From an uncultured virus (IMG/VR IMGVR_UViG_3300035181_002482) (Duplodnaviria > Heunggongvirae > Uroviricota > Caudoviricetes): a stretch of 64,000 nucleotides of DNA. The position numbers and the translations under genes were made by a program. The stretch lies in the IMG/VR virus record IMGVR_UViG_3300035181_002482; one strand, given 5' to 3'. How positions within the stretch are numbered: the first letter of the stretch is position 1; each line of letters begins with the position of its first letter. Shown here piece after piece: positions 39,565 to 48,690 of this stretch. Below the pieces are notes generated by a model that was given only the letters and a program-made list of their open reading frames with translations, had not been told where the DNA came from and did no database searches.

Positions 39565-40464
39565 TCAGAATTCGAAACCGGTCGCGGCGGGGCGGAGGCA
39601 GGCAGGGCTGAACCAGAGTCGCTCCCGGAATCGATTCTTGGAGCCAGCGCTGTCCCCGTCGCCGGTGTTCGCCAGCCCACCGGTCGCCGTCCAGGGCACC
39701 TCCTCCCAGCCCGCCGGGAACTTGGTCGTCCCCTCGTACCCCGCGACGCAGATCTTGATCTCCGGATGCGCGATGGCCCATGCGGTGACCTCCGCCGTGA
39801 GGTTGACGCCGGCATCCTTCCCGACCCCGGCATAGGTGAAATCGCCATCGGCATACGGAGGATCGAGGAAGACGGCAACGTTACCGCGGTCGGTAAACGA
39901 GGGGGCGACGAGACGTTTCCAGTCGCCGTGAAGGATCGCCGTCTGCCGGAGCCGGCACGAGATCGCCGAGATGAGCGATATCGCTTCGTCCTCGGTCATG
40001 GCATGGATACCGTTGCGCCCGGATACGCGCGGCATCTGGGATCGATAGGCTCCCTTGGGGGTCATGAAGCCCTTGCCGATCCAGAGGTTGAGCGCCCAGA
40101 CCCATGAGGCAGCAAGCTCGATATCGTAAGCGTCCTCCTTCGCTGCCAGGGTAGCTGCCAGGCTACCCTGGGCCTCATACATGGCCCGATGCCGGGCGGT
40201 CAGGGTAAGCTCGCACGGGGGCAGGGAGGTAGCCTTCTGTGCCAGCAACACGGGTGCCCAGCGGGCTGCCCGCCAGAAGTTCGCCACCATGCAATCGAAG
40301 TCGTTGATGACCTCGTGCTTGCCGACGATGGGCCGGGCGAGAAGCACAGCGGCCGATCCGCAAAAGGGCTCGAGGTACATCGCGGGATCACCGAAGCGCT
40401 CCCAGACCAGCGAAGCAGCTCGGCTCTTAGCACCCATGTACGAGAATGGTGCTCTGAGGGACAC
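39565..40464 (-). CDS. Dam-like (D12 class) DNA adenine methyltransferase
   Basis: PFSYMGAK, YLEPFCGSAAV, EVINDFD, FLDPPY. Confidence 0.9.
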   Translation of the reverse strand: MSLRAPFSYMGAKSRAASLVWERFGDPAMYLEPFCGSAAVLLARPIVGKHEVINDFDCMVANFWRAARWAPVLLAQKATSLPPCELTLTARHRAMYEAQGSLAATLAAKEDAYDIELAASWVWALNLWIGKGFMTPKGAYRSQMPRVSGRNGIHAMTEDEAISLISAISCRLRQTAILHGDWKRLVAPSFTDRGNVAVFLDPPYADGDFTYAGVGKDAGVNLTAEVTAWAIAHPEIKICVAGYEGTTKFPAGWEEVPWTATGGLANTGDGDSAGSKNRFRERLWFSPACLRPAATGFEF

Positions 40465-40468
40465 CTGA

Positions 40469-40660
40469 TCACCCCTTCACGTAAGAGCCAGGGTTATTGG
40501 GGAGCCTCACCCCGGCGATGGCATACACGAGATCGCGCTTGGCAGGCTTGCCGCAGCCCTTGCAAGGTTGCGCATCGGGCGGGGTTTCGCTCTGGAGGAA
40601 GAGATCCTCCTGGGTCTTGTTGCAGACGGGGTCGGTGCAGGTAAACGAGAGGCATCGCAT
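40469..40660 (-). CDS. FmdB-like zinc ribbon protein
   Basis: FTCTDPVC..PCKGCG; TAGAAT-N6-ATG. Confidence 0.7.
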   Translation of the reverse strand: MRCLSFTCTDPVCNKTQEDLFLQSETPPDAQPCKGCGKPAKRDLVYAIAGVRLPNNPGSYVKG

Positions 40661-40677
40661 ACCCGCATTCTAATCAC

Positions 40678-41595
40678 TCAGAACTGGAAATCGACCGTGT
40701 TCGGATCAGGACAGGAGGGGCTGAACCAGATTCGCTCCTTGAATCGATTCTTGGAGCCTTCGCCGCCCTCGGAGTCGTCCTTGGCATAGCCGCCCTGCGC
40801 GGTCCAGGGGACAGCCTTCCATCCCGGCGGGATCTCCATCGTACCCTCGTAGCCGCAGAGCGCGATGCGGACATTCTTGCTGTCCGTATGCTTGAGGCAG
40901 AAGGCGCTGACACGCTTGAGAAGGTCGCCCTCCTCGCCGCCCGCGTAATAGCTGGCGCCCACCGCATAGGGGGGATCGAGGAAGATCGAGACCTTGTTGG
41001 CCTTGGGGACGAAGGCATCGCTCACGACGCGCTCCCAGTCACCCTGCATGATCGACGTGTGCTTGAGCCGATCCCGGAGGCGGGCGAACACGTCGGGAAG
41101 GCGATCCCGGACATCGTGTCCGTGAACACCCTTGCGACCGGCCGAGGGGATGCGAGTCTTGCCGGGGTTGCGATCGGGATCGCAAAACCCATCGCCAATC
41201 CACATGCTCATCCCCCAGAGCCAGAACGCCGCTGCTTCGACATCGAAGGTATCCACACCAGAACGAAGAAGCTCCGGTAGGGCCTTGCCGCGTTCGATCA
41301 GCCAGACGTGGCGCGTGGTAAGCTCGATCTCGTCGATCGGCTGATCACGGATAAGCTCCGCGACCTTGTCGGAGTTGTACTTGATCGAGCGCCAGACGTT
41401 CGTGATCTGGCCATCGCGATCGTTGATGATCTCCTCGCAGTTGCGCCAGTTGGGATTGGCGAGGTAGACGGCGCCGCTTCCGAAGAAGGGCTCGATCACG
41501 ATACCTGATGTGTGAAAACGCGACCACACGAGATCAGCTATCTTTCTCTTGGCACCAAAGTACGGATAGGGCGACTTGAGAGGGGGATCAGACAT
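40678..41595 (-). CDS. Dam-like (D12 class) DNA adenine methyltransferase, paralog
   Basis: PYPYFGAK, IEPFFGSGAV, IINDRD, FLDPPY. Confidence 0.9.
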   Translation of the reverse strand: MSDPPLKSPYPYFGAKRKIADLVWSRFHTSGIVIEPFFGSGAVYLANPNWRNCEEIINDRDGQITNVWRSIKYNSDKVAELIRDQPIDEIELTTRHVWLIERGKALPELLRSGVDTFDVEAAAFWLWGMSMWIGDGFCDPDRNPGKTRIPSAGRKGVHGHDVRDRLPDVFARLRDRLKHTSIMQGDWERVVSDAFVPKANKVSIFLDPPYAVGASYYAGGEEGDLLKRVSAFCLKHTDSKNVRIALCGYEGTMEIPPGWKAVPWTAQGGYAKDDSEGGEGSKNRFKERIWFSPSCPDPNTVDFQF

Positions 41596-41598
41596 ATT

Positions 41599-41815
41599 TC
41601 ATCCTTTTATCAGGCGTTGAGCATAACTGTTGCCGATGTTGTAACGATCAGCGATCACTTGCGGGGTCTGCTTTATCCTGGCGCCTTACGGGACTATCCA
41701 AGAGATCACCCTGATACACCCTCTTGTGACGCCATACGGCCCCCATCTCATCGACCACGAGAACACCAAAGGAAACCATCTCGAGAGTGTATTCAATCGT
41801 GCGTCGATCGACCAT
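41599..41815 (-). pseudogene. probable remnant of an HNH homing endonuclease
   Basis: VVDEMGAVWR N-part, then in another frame an HTH-like tail TPQVIADRYNIGNSYAQRLIKG*; no HNH core. Confidence 0.45.
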
Positions 41816-41890
41816 CCATCTAGGATAGACCTAAGTAGTTCCTGGGGTTACCTAGCTTATGAATCCGACAGCCTTCGTTCGTGGTCATCT

Positions 41891-43018
41891 TCATTCGAGG
41901 AGCTTGGCCGCTCGTGCGAGCAGCCGGGCTGGATCGAGGTTGTTGTGGTTGGCGCCGGGGCGCTCGAGGTACTGCGTAAAGGCGGCAAGAGGATTCGAGG
42001 CTGTCGGTTGAACGGGTCCCTGGGAATCTTTCACTAGCGGCGCAATCGCTTCCGGCTGCCTTCTGGTGGCAGCTAGATGTCGAATCCCCGTGTAGTGGGG
42101 GCGGTGACCCAGGCCAGCTAGTGCGTAGCTTGTACCAGTGATAAGCAGGGTCACGATGGCCCGCAGGGGGTCCTTGCCCTGTTGCACGATGGCATCGATC
42201 AGCTGTTCGTTGGTTGGCCAGCCATTCTCTGCCTTCCATTCGATATCGACGTACCTTGGACACAGGCTATCCTGGAACGTGAACAAGGGAGCTTGCCCCT
42301 GCGCGAGATCGATCACAAGGAAGCCTCGATCATCGCCACGGTCCCGGCGGGATTGCTGGATGCACGATCCGACGTAGCCGCCCTTGGTGTGCTTGAACGC
42401 AAGCGGCTGCGGGATGTGGATATCCCCGCCGATAGCAACGTTGAACCGGGGGTCGTCGAGCTTCTCAACCGGGATACCGGTGCTGCTTCGATACCCGCCG
42501 CTGTCGAGCAGGCAACCCTTGACCATCCCGTGAAACACCAGGACGTGATAGCCGTCGCCGGTGAAGTCGTAGAGGGTGGGATCAGGTTCAATACACGCTG
42601 GCAGGGCATGGACGAAGAGCTGGGGCAGCGATGGGTGGGTGTACGTTCGCACTTCGTCCATGATCACGAGGTTCGGAAGATACTCCTGCCACACCTCCTG
42701 GCTGATTCGATTCGAGTGACCGGTGGCCGCTCCCTTGCCCCACCAGTCGTGATTGCCCACGAGCGAGAAGGTCACCTTGCCAGAGTCGTTGCGGGCCTTC
42801 TGAGCACCATCCGCCAGCACGCGGACGAAGTCTTCGGGGCTGTGCTTGAGAAATCGATCTCCAGCGAAGATGCATGCATCGGCAGCGTTCTCGATGGCAA
42901 GCTGGTTGAACCGTAGCTCGACATCGAGAACGTCTTGCTCGACGATCCCTCCCGGGTAGATTGCTGCGTGATGGATATCACTAAAGCAAAACAACCGTAG
43001 GGGAGGGAGGAGGTGCAT
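41891..43018 (-). CDS. sbcD: SbcD/Mre11-like nuclease
   Basis: SDIH, AGDRF, VGNHD, FHG, GDIH, YVGS. Confidence 0.9.
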   Translation of the reverse strand: MHLLPPLRLFCFSDIHHAAIYPGGIVEQDVLDVELRFNQLAIENAADACIFAGDRFLKHSPEDFVRVLADGAQKARNDSGKVTFSLVGNHDWWGKGAATGHSNRISQEVWQEYLPNLVIMDEVRTYTHPSLPQLFVHALPACIEPDPTLYDFTGDGYHVLVFHGMVKGCLLDSGGYRSSTGIPVEKLDDPRFNVAIGGDIHIPQPLAFKHTKGGYVGSCIQQSRRDRGDDRGFLVIDLAQGQAPLFTFQDSLCPRYVDIEWKAENGWPTNEQLIDAIVQQGKDPLRAIVTLLITGTSYALAGLGHRPHYTGIRHLAATRRQPEAIAPLVKDSQGPVQPTASNPLAAFTQYLERPGANHNNLDPARLLARAAKLLE

Positions 43019-43122
43019 GACTTGAGGGTAGGGCTTCTGCTTCCGGACGCCCCTCTTTTCGACGATTCACAGGGTATTCGGCATCGGGGATGCAGCGGAT
43101 TGCTTGGGTTCGTTATACAGGC

Positions 43123-43203
43123 AACCTAAGTCGAAGAATCGACATAGCAAGGTCGATCTCTCTTCTTTCTCGGTGTTGACAGGGCCGTTGCCAGGGTTAG
43201 GTT
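43123..43203. promoter_or_regulatory. divergent promoter pair
   Basis: Minus TTGCTA-N16-TAGGTT (43123-43150); plus TTGACA-N16-TAGGTT (43176-43203). Confidence 0.8.
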
Positions 43204-43209
43204 GTTGTC

Positions 43210-43740
43210 ATGCAAAACAGCATGACCCCCGCCGCCACCCTCACCATCCTCGAGGCCTCCGTGATCGCCGAGGAGAAGGTCAACGTCGAAAAGATCCTGG
43301 CAGCACGGCTCCGCCTCCTCGAGGCCCGCACGGCCTATGCGGTGATGATCCCCGTGATGCCGGCGATGGCCATGATCGTCGACATCGATCGAACCAAGGC
43401 GATCGCTTGGCCCTCGAGCCGCGCCGATACCGACAAGCTGCTGGAGGGGATCATGAAGCTTGTCGCCGCAGCGGGGGTCAACGAGACCGATCGCGGCGCG
43501 GCCCTCGCCGCGATGGACGAGTATCCCATCATCCCCCGCTTCTTCCATGCCCAGAACATCCGACTCGCCGGGCTGATCAAGGACGGATGCCCGACCGCCC
43601 TCGCCATCGAGGCCACCAAGAACGCCGGCCTCATGGAGAAGCTGTGCTATGGCCTCCGCGCGGAGGCCGAGCGCACCATGCGCGCCGAGCAGGCCATGAA
43701 TGAGGCGATGCTCGACGCGGAGATGGCCATCACGGTCTGA
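43210..43740 (+). CDS. hypothetical protein, leaderless
   Basis: ATG 6 nt after -10; strong GC3 bias. Confidence 0.85.
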   Translation: MQNSMTPAATLTILEASVIAEEKVNVEKILAARLRLLEARTAYAVMIPVMPAMAMIVDIDRTKAIAWPSSRADTDKLLEGIMKLVAAAGVNETDRGAALAAMDEYPIIPRFFHAQNIRLAGLIKDGCPTALAIEATKNAGLMEKLCYGLRAEAERTMRAEQAMNEAMLDAEMAITV

Positions 43741-46700
43741 TCGATACGGGCCGTGGGGCTAAACCGCAGCCCCCCACGCTGGTCCCGCAGACCGTGCAGA
43801 TCTGGCAAGTGCCAGTGCGCTTGAGGGGGCCCTGGCAGGTGCTGCAAAGATCACCATCGCTCACGAGCACCCGCGCGCTCTTGCTCGATGGCAGATCGGG
43901 GTTCGTGATGGCCTCGGGGCGCCAGGTGTCGTGGTGCCCTTCCTCGACTTGAACATGCACGAGATCCGTGCGCCCGAGATAGTGCGCGCCGAGGTGCCGG
44001 AAGAGATAGTCCAGGATCGATGTCGCCATCTTGATCCGCGCGTCGCCCCGCACAAGCCCGGCCGGCTCGTAGCGGGTGAAGACGTACTTTTCGACGAACA
44101 CGTCGAGCGGCACCCCGTACTGCAGGGAGCACGACACCCCGATGCACACAGCATCGATCAGGCCGCTGAGGGTCGTCCCTTCCTTGCCCACGGTCACGAA
44201 GATCTCGCCGAGCGAGCCATCCTCGTATTCGCCCGTGTGCAGGTAAAGATCGATGTCGCCGATGGTCGCCTTCTGCGTGTAGCCCCGGCGCGGGTTCGAG
44301 AGCTTACGCCGCTCCGGCTTCGGATCGGCGACGATGACGCTATCGGAACCACCCGAGGAGAGCGGCTGGCTGCCCTTGCTGCCGTCACGATAGATCGCGA
44401 CCGCCTTCACACCACGCCGCCAGGCGAGCATGTACATCTCCTCGATATCCTCGACCGTCGCGTCGTTCGGCGCGTTGATGGTCTTCGATGCCGAGCCGGA
44501 GAGGAAGGGCTGGGTCGCGGCGAGCATCAGGATGTGTCCCGCCCAGTGAATGACACGCTTGGAGCCACGCGGGGCCACGGCGCAATCGAACACGGGGATG
44601 TGATACTCGCTCACCAGGGAGCAGCCTTCGATGGTGCCATGACCGAGAAGGAGCTTGGCGAATCGATCTGCATCGATGTCGCGCTCCTTGCAGAGATCCT
44701 TCCAGGTGGCGTCCTTGCCCATGGCGCCAAACAGGGCCGGCAGGGTCTGGGGGTTGACGACGTCTTTCACGTCATAGGCGCGCTCGGCCAACGGACGCAG
44801 GGCCTCGACCTCCATCCGATCAGCTCCGAGCATCTCGATGGCGCGCACGTTCCCGACGATGTGATCGATAACCGAATCGATATCACTTGGGCTATACCCG
44901 AGAGCCTTGAGGGCGCGGGGGACGCAGCGATTGACGATCTTCATGTTGCCGCCACCAGCGAGCGCCTTGTACTTCACCAGGGAGAAGTCAGGCTCGATAC
45001 CGGTGGTGTCGCAATCCATGACGAACGATATCGTGTTATGGCTCACGAATCCGTTTGCGATATAGGTCACGTTGTCAGGAACCGACAAGTCATAGGTGAG
45101 CTGCTGCTCGAGGAGTTGCGTGCTCTCGACGAAGTCGTAAAAGAAACCCTGAAGGCAATCGTGTTGATGATCGACAAAACGATGCCATTCCCGGGCAGAC
45201 TTCTTCACAAGGGCCGCCTTGCGTGCCGCCGAGAAGCCCACCACGGAGAGGAAGGTCTCGCAGAATCGATTCGATGCAAGCCGAAGGCGATGCACGGGCT
45301 CGTCGCTGTACCCTCCCATCGTGAAGTCACGAGTGGTGGGCATCCCCAGCGTCAGGAGCATCGTCTGCACCTCATGGACATAGGATTCGTCCCTGTTTGA
45401 CCAGCAGGGGACACCACCATTCACGGTTCCGTCGCCGGTGAAGAGACCCCGAAGGTACGCCCCATAAATGACGGGGTCGTTCGACGCGAGCACAGCATCC
45501 GGGATGTGCGCCGGGTACACATTGCCGGTTTTCTTGGCGAAGTCGCACGCGATCCACCAGGATCGAATCTGGTGGCTATGTACCTCGACGAAAGTGTAAC
45601 CCTGTTGCGGGTAGACCTTCGCATCGATACCAAAGATGGTTTTCGCGAGGATGCTGTAACGCTCGATCGCATCTTGATCGCCGGTAGCCAGAGACAGGCG
45701 GATGCCCTTGGTGTGCATCGACCCGCTAGCGTGAAACACCCCTATGAACTCGGCAAGGTCTGCCGTCATGGCGGCAGGTGTGGTCGCTGAGCGCGCGGGA
45801 CCGAGGAACAAGCACTTTGGGCAAGCAGGAAGCTCAACCAGCTGGGGAGATCCGATCATCGATCCCATAGCCAGGGGAACACGATCGCCCACAGCAAGGT
45901 CATCGAAACGGCGCCAGGCCCAAGAGCCCGATGCATCCAGTACCTTGATCTGATGCTTCGGAGTGCCGCGCAGCATGTAACCGCGGCTAGTCTTGACCTC
46001 GATCACATCATCAACGCCGTTGACGAAGAACTTGGTCGCACGTTTTGGACCTTCGTCCGTCTGCACCTTGAAATCAACGTCCTGCCACTGGGCACCGTCG
46101 ACATCTCCGAGGCTCTCAATACGCACCAGGCCCTTGTCGGTGAGCACCATCGAGCCGGCCACGAGGCATCCCGTGGGCGCGATGACGGTCGCCTGGGAGT
46201 TTCGATATCCGTAGTGCCGCCCCAGGGCGAGGGCGATGGTCCAGGCTTCGAGCGCCTGCGTGGCGAGGGGGTGACCGGATTCCGTCACGAGATCCTCGGC
46301 GGCGCTGTGGTGGCGCTCCATCACCCGGAGCATCGGCTCCTGGTTCTTGGCAAACCACCGGAAGGGGCCACGACGCTTGGCCAGGCGGGCGCTCTGGGCA
46401 TAGGCGAGGCCCGTGAGCAGCGCGGTGATGGAGGCGGCCTCCTGGCGCCCGGGTTCGGAGTCGTAGGGGAGCCCGCGGCACATGAGCAGCGCGCCGAGGT
46501 TGGCGTACCCGAGGCCGAGGGGACGGAGGCTATGGCTGTTGAGAGCCAGCGCCTTCGTTGGGTAGGAGGCAAGATCGACGATCGTCTCCATCGCGGTGAT
46601 GATGACGCGGACCACCTGGGCGAATCCATCCGTATCGAATTCCTCGGTCGCGTCGAAAGCATTGCCGACGCGAAGGAACTGGAGAAGGTTGATCGAGGCG

Positions 46701-48565
46701 AGGTTGCAGGCGGTCTCGTCGTTGTGATGGAATTCGACGCACGGATTCGCACCGTTGATGCGACCCGAATTCGGAACCGTGTGCCAGCTGTTGATGGTGG
46801 TATCGAACATCACCGCGGGGTCAGCGCACTCCCAGGCGGCCTCAGCGACCTGCCTCCAGAGGCCACGCGCATTGACCATCCGATGCACGCTGCCATCTCG
46901 ATTCCGGAGCGCCCATTCCCCACCCTTTTCGACGGCGAACATGAACTCGTCGGTCGGTCGAACGCTGTTGTTGGAGTTCTGTCCGGAGACCGTCGCGTAT
47001 GCCTCGCCGTTGAAGTCGTTCGAATAGCCGGCGGCAATGAGGGCCTTGGCCTTCTTCTCCTCCTTCACCTTCCACCAGATAAAGTCCTCGACTTCGATGT
47101 GATCCATATCGAGGCAGACGAGCTTGGCTGCACGGCGCGTATTCGCGACCACGATACCCGAGCCCGTGTTCTCCCGGTCCGGCCAGATAAGGAAGTTATG
47201 GCCAGTGCCGGGGGACTTGTCATCAGCGGTCGGACATTCGACCTCAACATCGTAGACATCCATTACCCCGATTTCGGTAACCGAAACGACACGATGGTTA
47301 CTAGCCGTTACCTCTTGCCGCTGAAAGGCATGACTCCCAGCATCGACAGCCTCGTTGTTGTGCTGCGCAGCGTGATCGCTCTGCGTGGTGATCTCGAGGT
47401 TCTCGATGCTGTTGTTGAGCTTGTTACCGTCCTTGTGGTGAACGACCTTACCCTCAAGATCAACGCCAAGCACATCGGTCGCAATCAGCCGATGTAGCCT
47501 ATCCTTGCCCTTACGACCATCACGGAGATGCACGCGCAGGTAACCCTGCTGCGTGTCGACGCTACCCGCAAACAACGACATCCCAGGCGTAAGCGCGCCG
47601 GCAAGCACATACGGACCCGAGGAGAGCTTGACGGGATGATCATCCGTGACGTCGAAAGCACCCTTGTCTGTCGTGATGCGGACGACGTTCTTGCGACCAG
47701 CAAGCCATGCCTTCGCACGCTTGGCCTTGTACCGACCAGCTGGCGGGTCATAGCTGAGCGCGATAAAACTCTCGCGAGACGCCAACTCGATCACGGGCAC
47801 GGGGCCGTTCTCGGTGTAAACGCACTGATACGGAGCAAGGCAGGTGCCACCTGACTTGATCGATCCAGCCGCGACATCGAACACACGCAGGAAGCTAATC
47901 AGCCCGGAGCTGTAGCCCCCCGAGGAGAGCTTCTCGTGCTTGGATCGGATCGGGGAGAAGTTCGCACCAGCGCCGGAGCCACCTCGAAAGACCCGCATCT
48001 CATCGGTGAGCTGCTCGAAGATACCCTCGAGGGAATCGAGGGGCTTGAGAATGAAGCACGCGCTCCCCTGGGGGCGATCATACGCATCGGGGCAGCGATC
48101 GGCGACGGGCTCATCACCAGAGAGGTTCACCGCATAGTTGTCGGTGGCTCCCTTGATATCGTAGAGGGTGATCCCGACGTTGAACCAGACTGGGCTGTTG
48201 AACGCAACCATCTGATGCGCGGTCACGTAGGCCAGCTCGGCCTCGAAGAGGTGCTGCTCCTCGGCGCTCTCGAGGATGCCTTGCGCACGAGCACTCTTGC
48301 CTATGTGCTGCACGATGCGACCGAGTGTCTGCCGATAGCTGATCTCGCGGCCGGTGCCGGGGACACCTGCCTTGCGCATGTACTTCGATGCGAGGATATC
48401 CGCGGCTTGCTGTGACCATGCAACGGGCACCTCGACATCGATCGCCTCGAAGACGGTCTTGCCTTCACGGTCCTTGACGATGCAATCGACGACCTTGGTG
48501 GGGATGGCATCGAAGACCATCTGCATGGTCGATTCGGGGGAGGTGAAATGACGGGAAAGGAGCAT
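43730..48565 (-). CDS. nrdJ: class II (AdoCbl-dependent) ribonucleotide reductase with two inteins
   Basis: FNSPVWFN, QGSACFI, NPCVE, CNLASINL, IAPTG/TIS, SKTIN, YRDGSK, C-terminal TSCPD-like domain and Zn ribbon. Confidence 0.95.
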   Translation of the reverse strand: MLLSRHFTSPESTMQMVFDAIPTKVVDCIVKDREGKTVFEAIDVEVPVAWSQQAADILASKYMRKAGVPGTGREISYRQTLGRIVQHIGKSARAQGILESAEEQHLFEAELAYVTAHQMVAFNSPVWFNVGITLYDIKGATDNYAVNLSGDEPVADRCPDAYDRPQGSACFILKPLDSLEGIFEQLTDEMRVFRGGSGAGANFSPIRSKHEKLSSGGYSSGLISFLRVFDVAAGSIKSGGTCLAPYQCVYTENGPVPVIELASRESFIALSYDPPAGRYKAKRAKAWLAGRKNVVRITTDKGAFDVTDDHPVKLSSGPYVLAGALTPGMSLFAGSVDTQQGYLRVHLRDGRKGKDRLHRLIATDVLGVDLEGKVVHHKDGNKLNNSIENLEITTQSDHAAQHNNEAVDAGSHAFQRQEVTASNHRVVSVTEIGVMDVYDVEVECPTADDKSPGTGHNFLIWPDRENTGSGIVVANTRRAAKLVCLDMDHIEVEDFIWWKVKEEKKAKALIAAGYSNDFNGEAYATVSGQNSNNSVRPTDEFMFAVEKGGEWALRNRDGSVHRMVNARGLWRQVAEAAWECADPAVMFDTTINSWHTVPNSGRINGANPCVEFHHNDETACNLASINLLQFLRVGNAFDATEEFDTDGFAQVVRVIITAMETIVDLASYPTKALALNSHSLRPLGLGYANLGALLMCRGLPYDSEPGRQEAASITALLTGLAYAQSARLAKRRGPFRWFAKNQEPMLRVMERHHSAAEDLVTESGHPLATQALEAWTIALALGRHYGYRNSQATVIAPTGCLVAGSMVLTDKGLVRIESLGDVDGAQWQDVDFKVQTDEGPKRATKFFVNGVDDVIEVKTSRGYMLRGTPKHQIKVLDASGSWAWRRFDDLAVGDRVPLAMGSMIGSPQLVELPACPKCLFLGPARSATTPAAMTADLAEFIGVFHASGSMHTKGIRLSLATGDQDAIERYSILAKTIFGIDAKVYPQQGYTFVEVHSHQIRSWWIACDFAKKTGNVYPAHIPDAVLASNDPVIYGAYLRGLFTGDGTVNGGVPCWSNRDESYVHEVQTMLLTLGMPTTRDFTMGGYSDEPVHRLRLASNRFCETFLSVVGFSAARKAALVKKSAREWHRFVDHQHDCLQGFFYDFVESTQLLEQQLTYDLSVPDNVTYIANGFVSHNTISFVMDCDTTGIEPDFSLVKYKALAGGGNMKIVNRCVPRALKALGYSPSDIDSVIDHIVGNVRAIEMLGADRMEVEALRPLAERAYDVKDVVNPQTLPALFGAMGKDATWKDLCKERDIDADRFAKLLLGHGTIEGCSLVSEYHIPVFDCAVAPRGSKRVIHWAGHILMLAATQPFLSGSASKTINAPNDATVEDIEEMYMLAWRRGVKAVAIYRDGSKGSQPLSSGGSDSVIVADPKPERRKLSNPRRGYTQKATIGDIDLYLHTGEYEDGSLGEIFVTVGKEGTTLSGLIDAVCIGVSCSLQYGVPLDVFVEKYVFTRYEPAGLVRGDARIKMATSILDYLFRHLGAHYLGRTDLVHVQVEEGHHDTWRPEAITNPDLPSSKSARVLVSDGDLCSTCQGPLKRTGTCQICTVCGTSVGGCGLAPRPVSIRP
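45035..46168 (-). mobile_element. intein in NrdJ (378 aa, LAGLIDADG type)
   Basis: IAPTG|CLVAGS...NGFVSHN|TISF; YLRGLFTGDG. Confidence 0.95.
47141..47842 (-). mobile_element. intein in NrdJ (234 aa, HNH type, ends AN)
   Basis: KSGGT|CLAPYQ...GIVVAN|TRRAAK; VHHKDGNKLNNSIENL. Confidence 0.92.
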
Positions 48566-48593
48566 CGGATCGTCCTGGGCCTGGGGAGGAAAA

Positions 48594-48639
48594 CGCACAC
48601 CGCCCACGCGCAGGGGCTCCTGTCGGTGGGCGGTGTGCG
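48594..48639. other. 14-bp inverted repeat between recA and nrdJ
   Basis: CGCACACCGCCCAC/GTGGGCGGTGTGCG followed by TTTT on minus strand; possible terminator. Confidence 0.65.
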
Positions 48640-48690
48640 GGGGATGTCCCCAGGCTAGGAAGTGCCGGGGTAAATCCGGCAGCTGGGCGC

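Noticed and set aside
48566..48690. Cobalamin riboswitch upstream of nrdJ
   Set aside because: Region is short and mostly one hairpin; I could not identify a convincing riboswitch core
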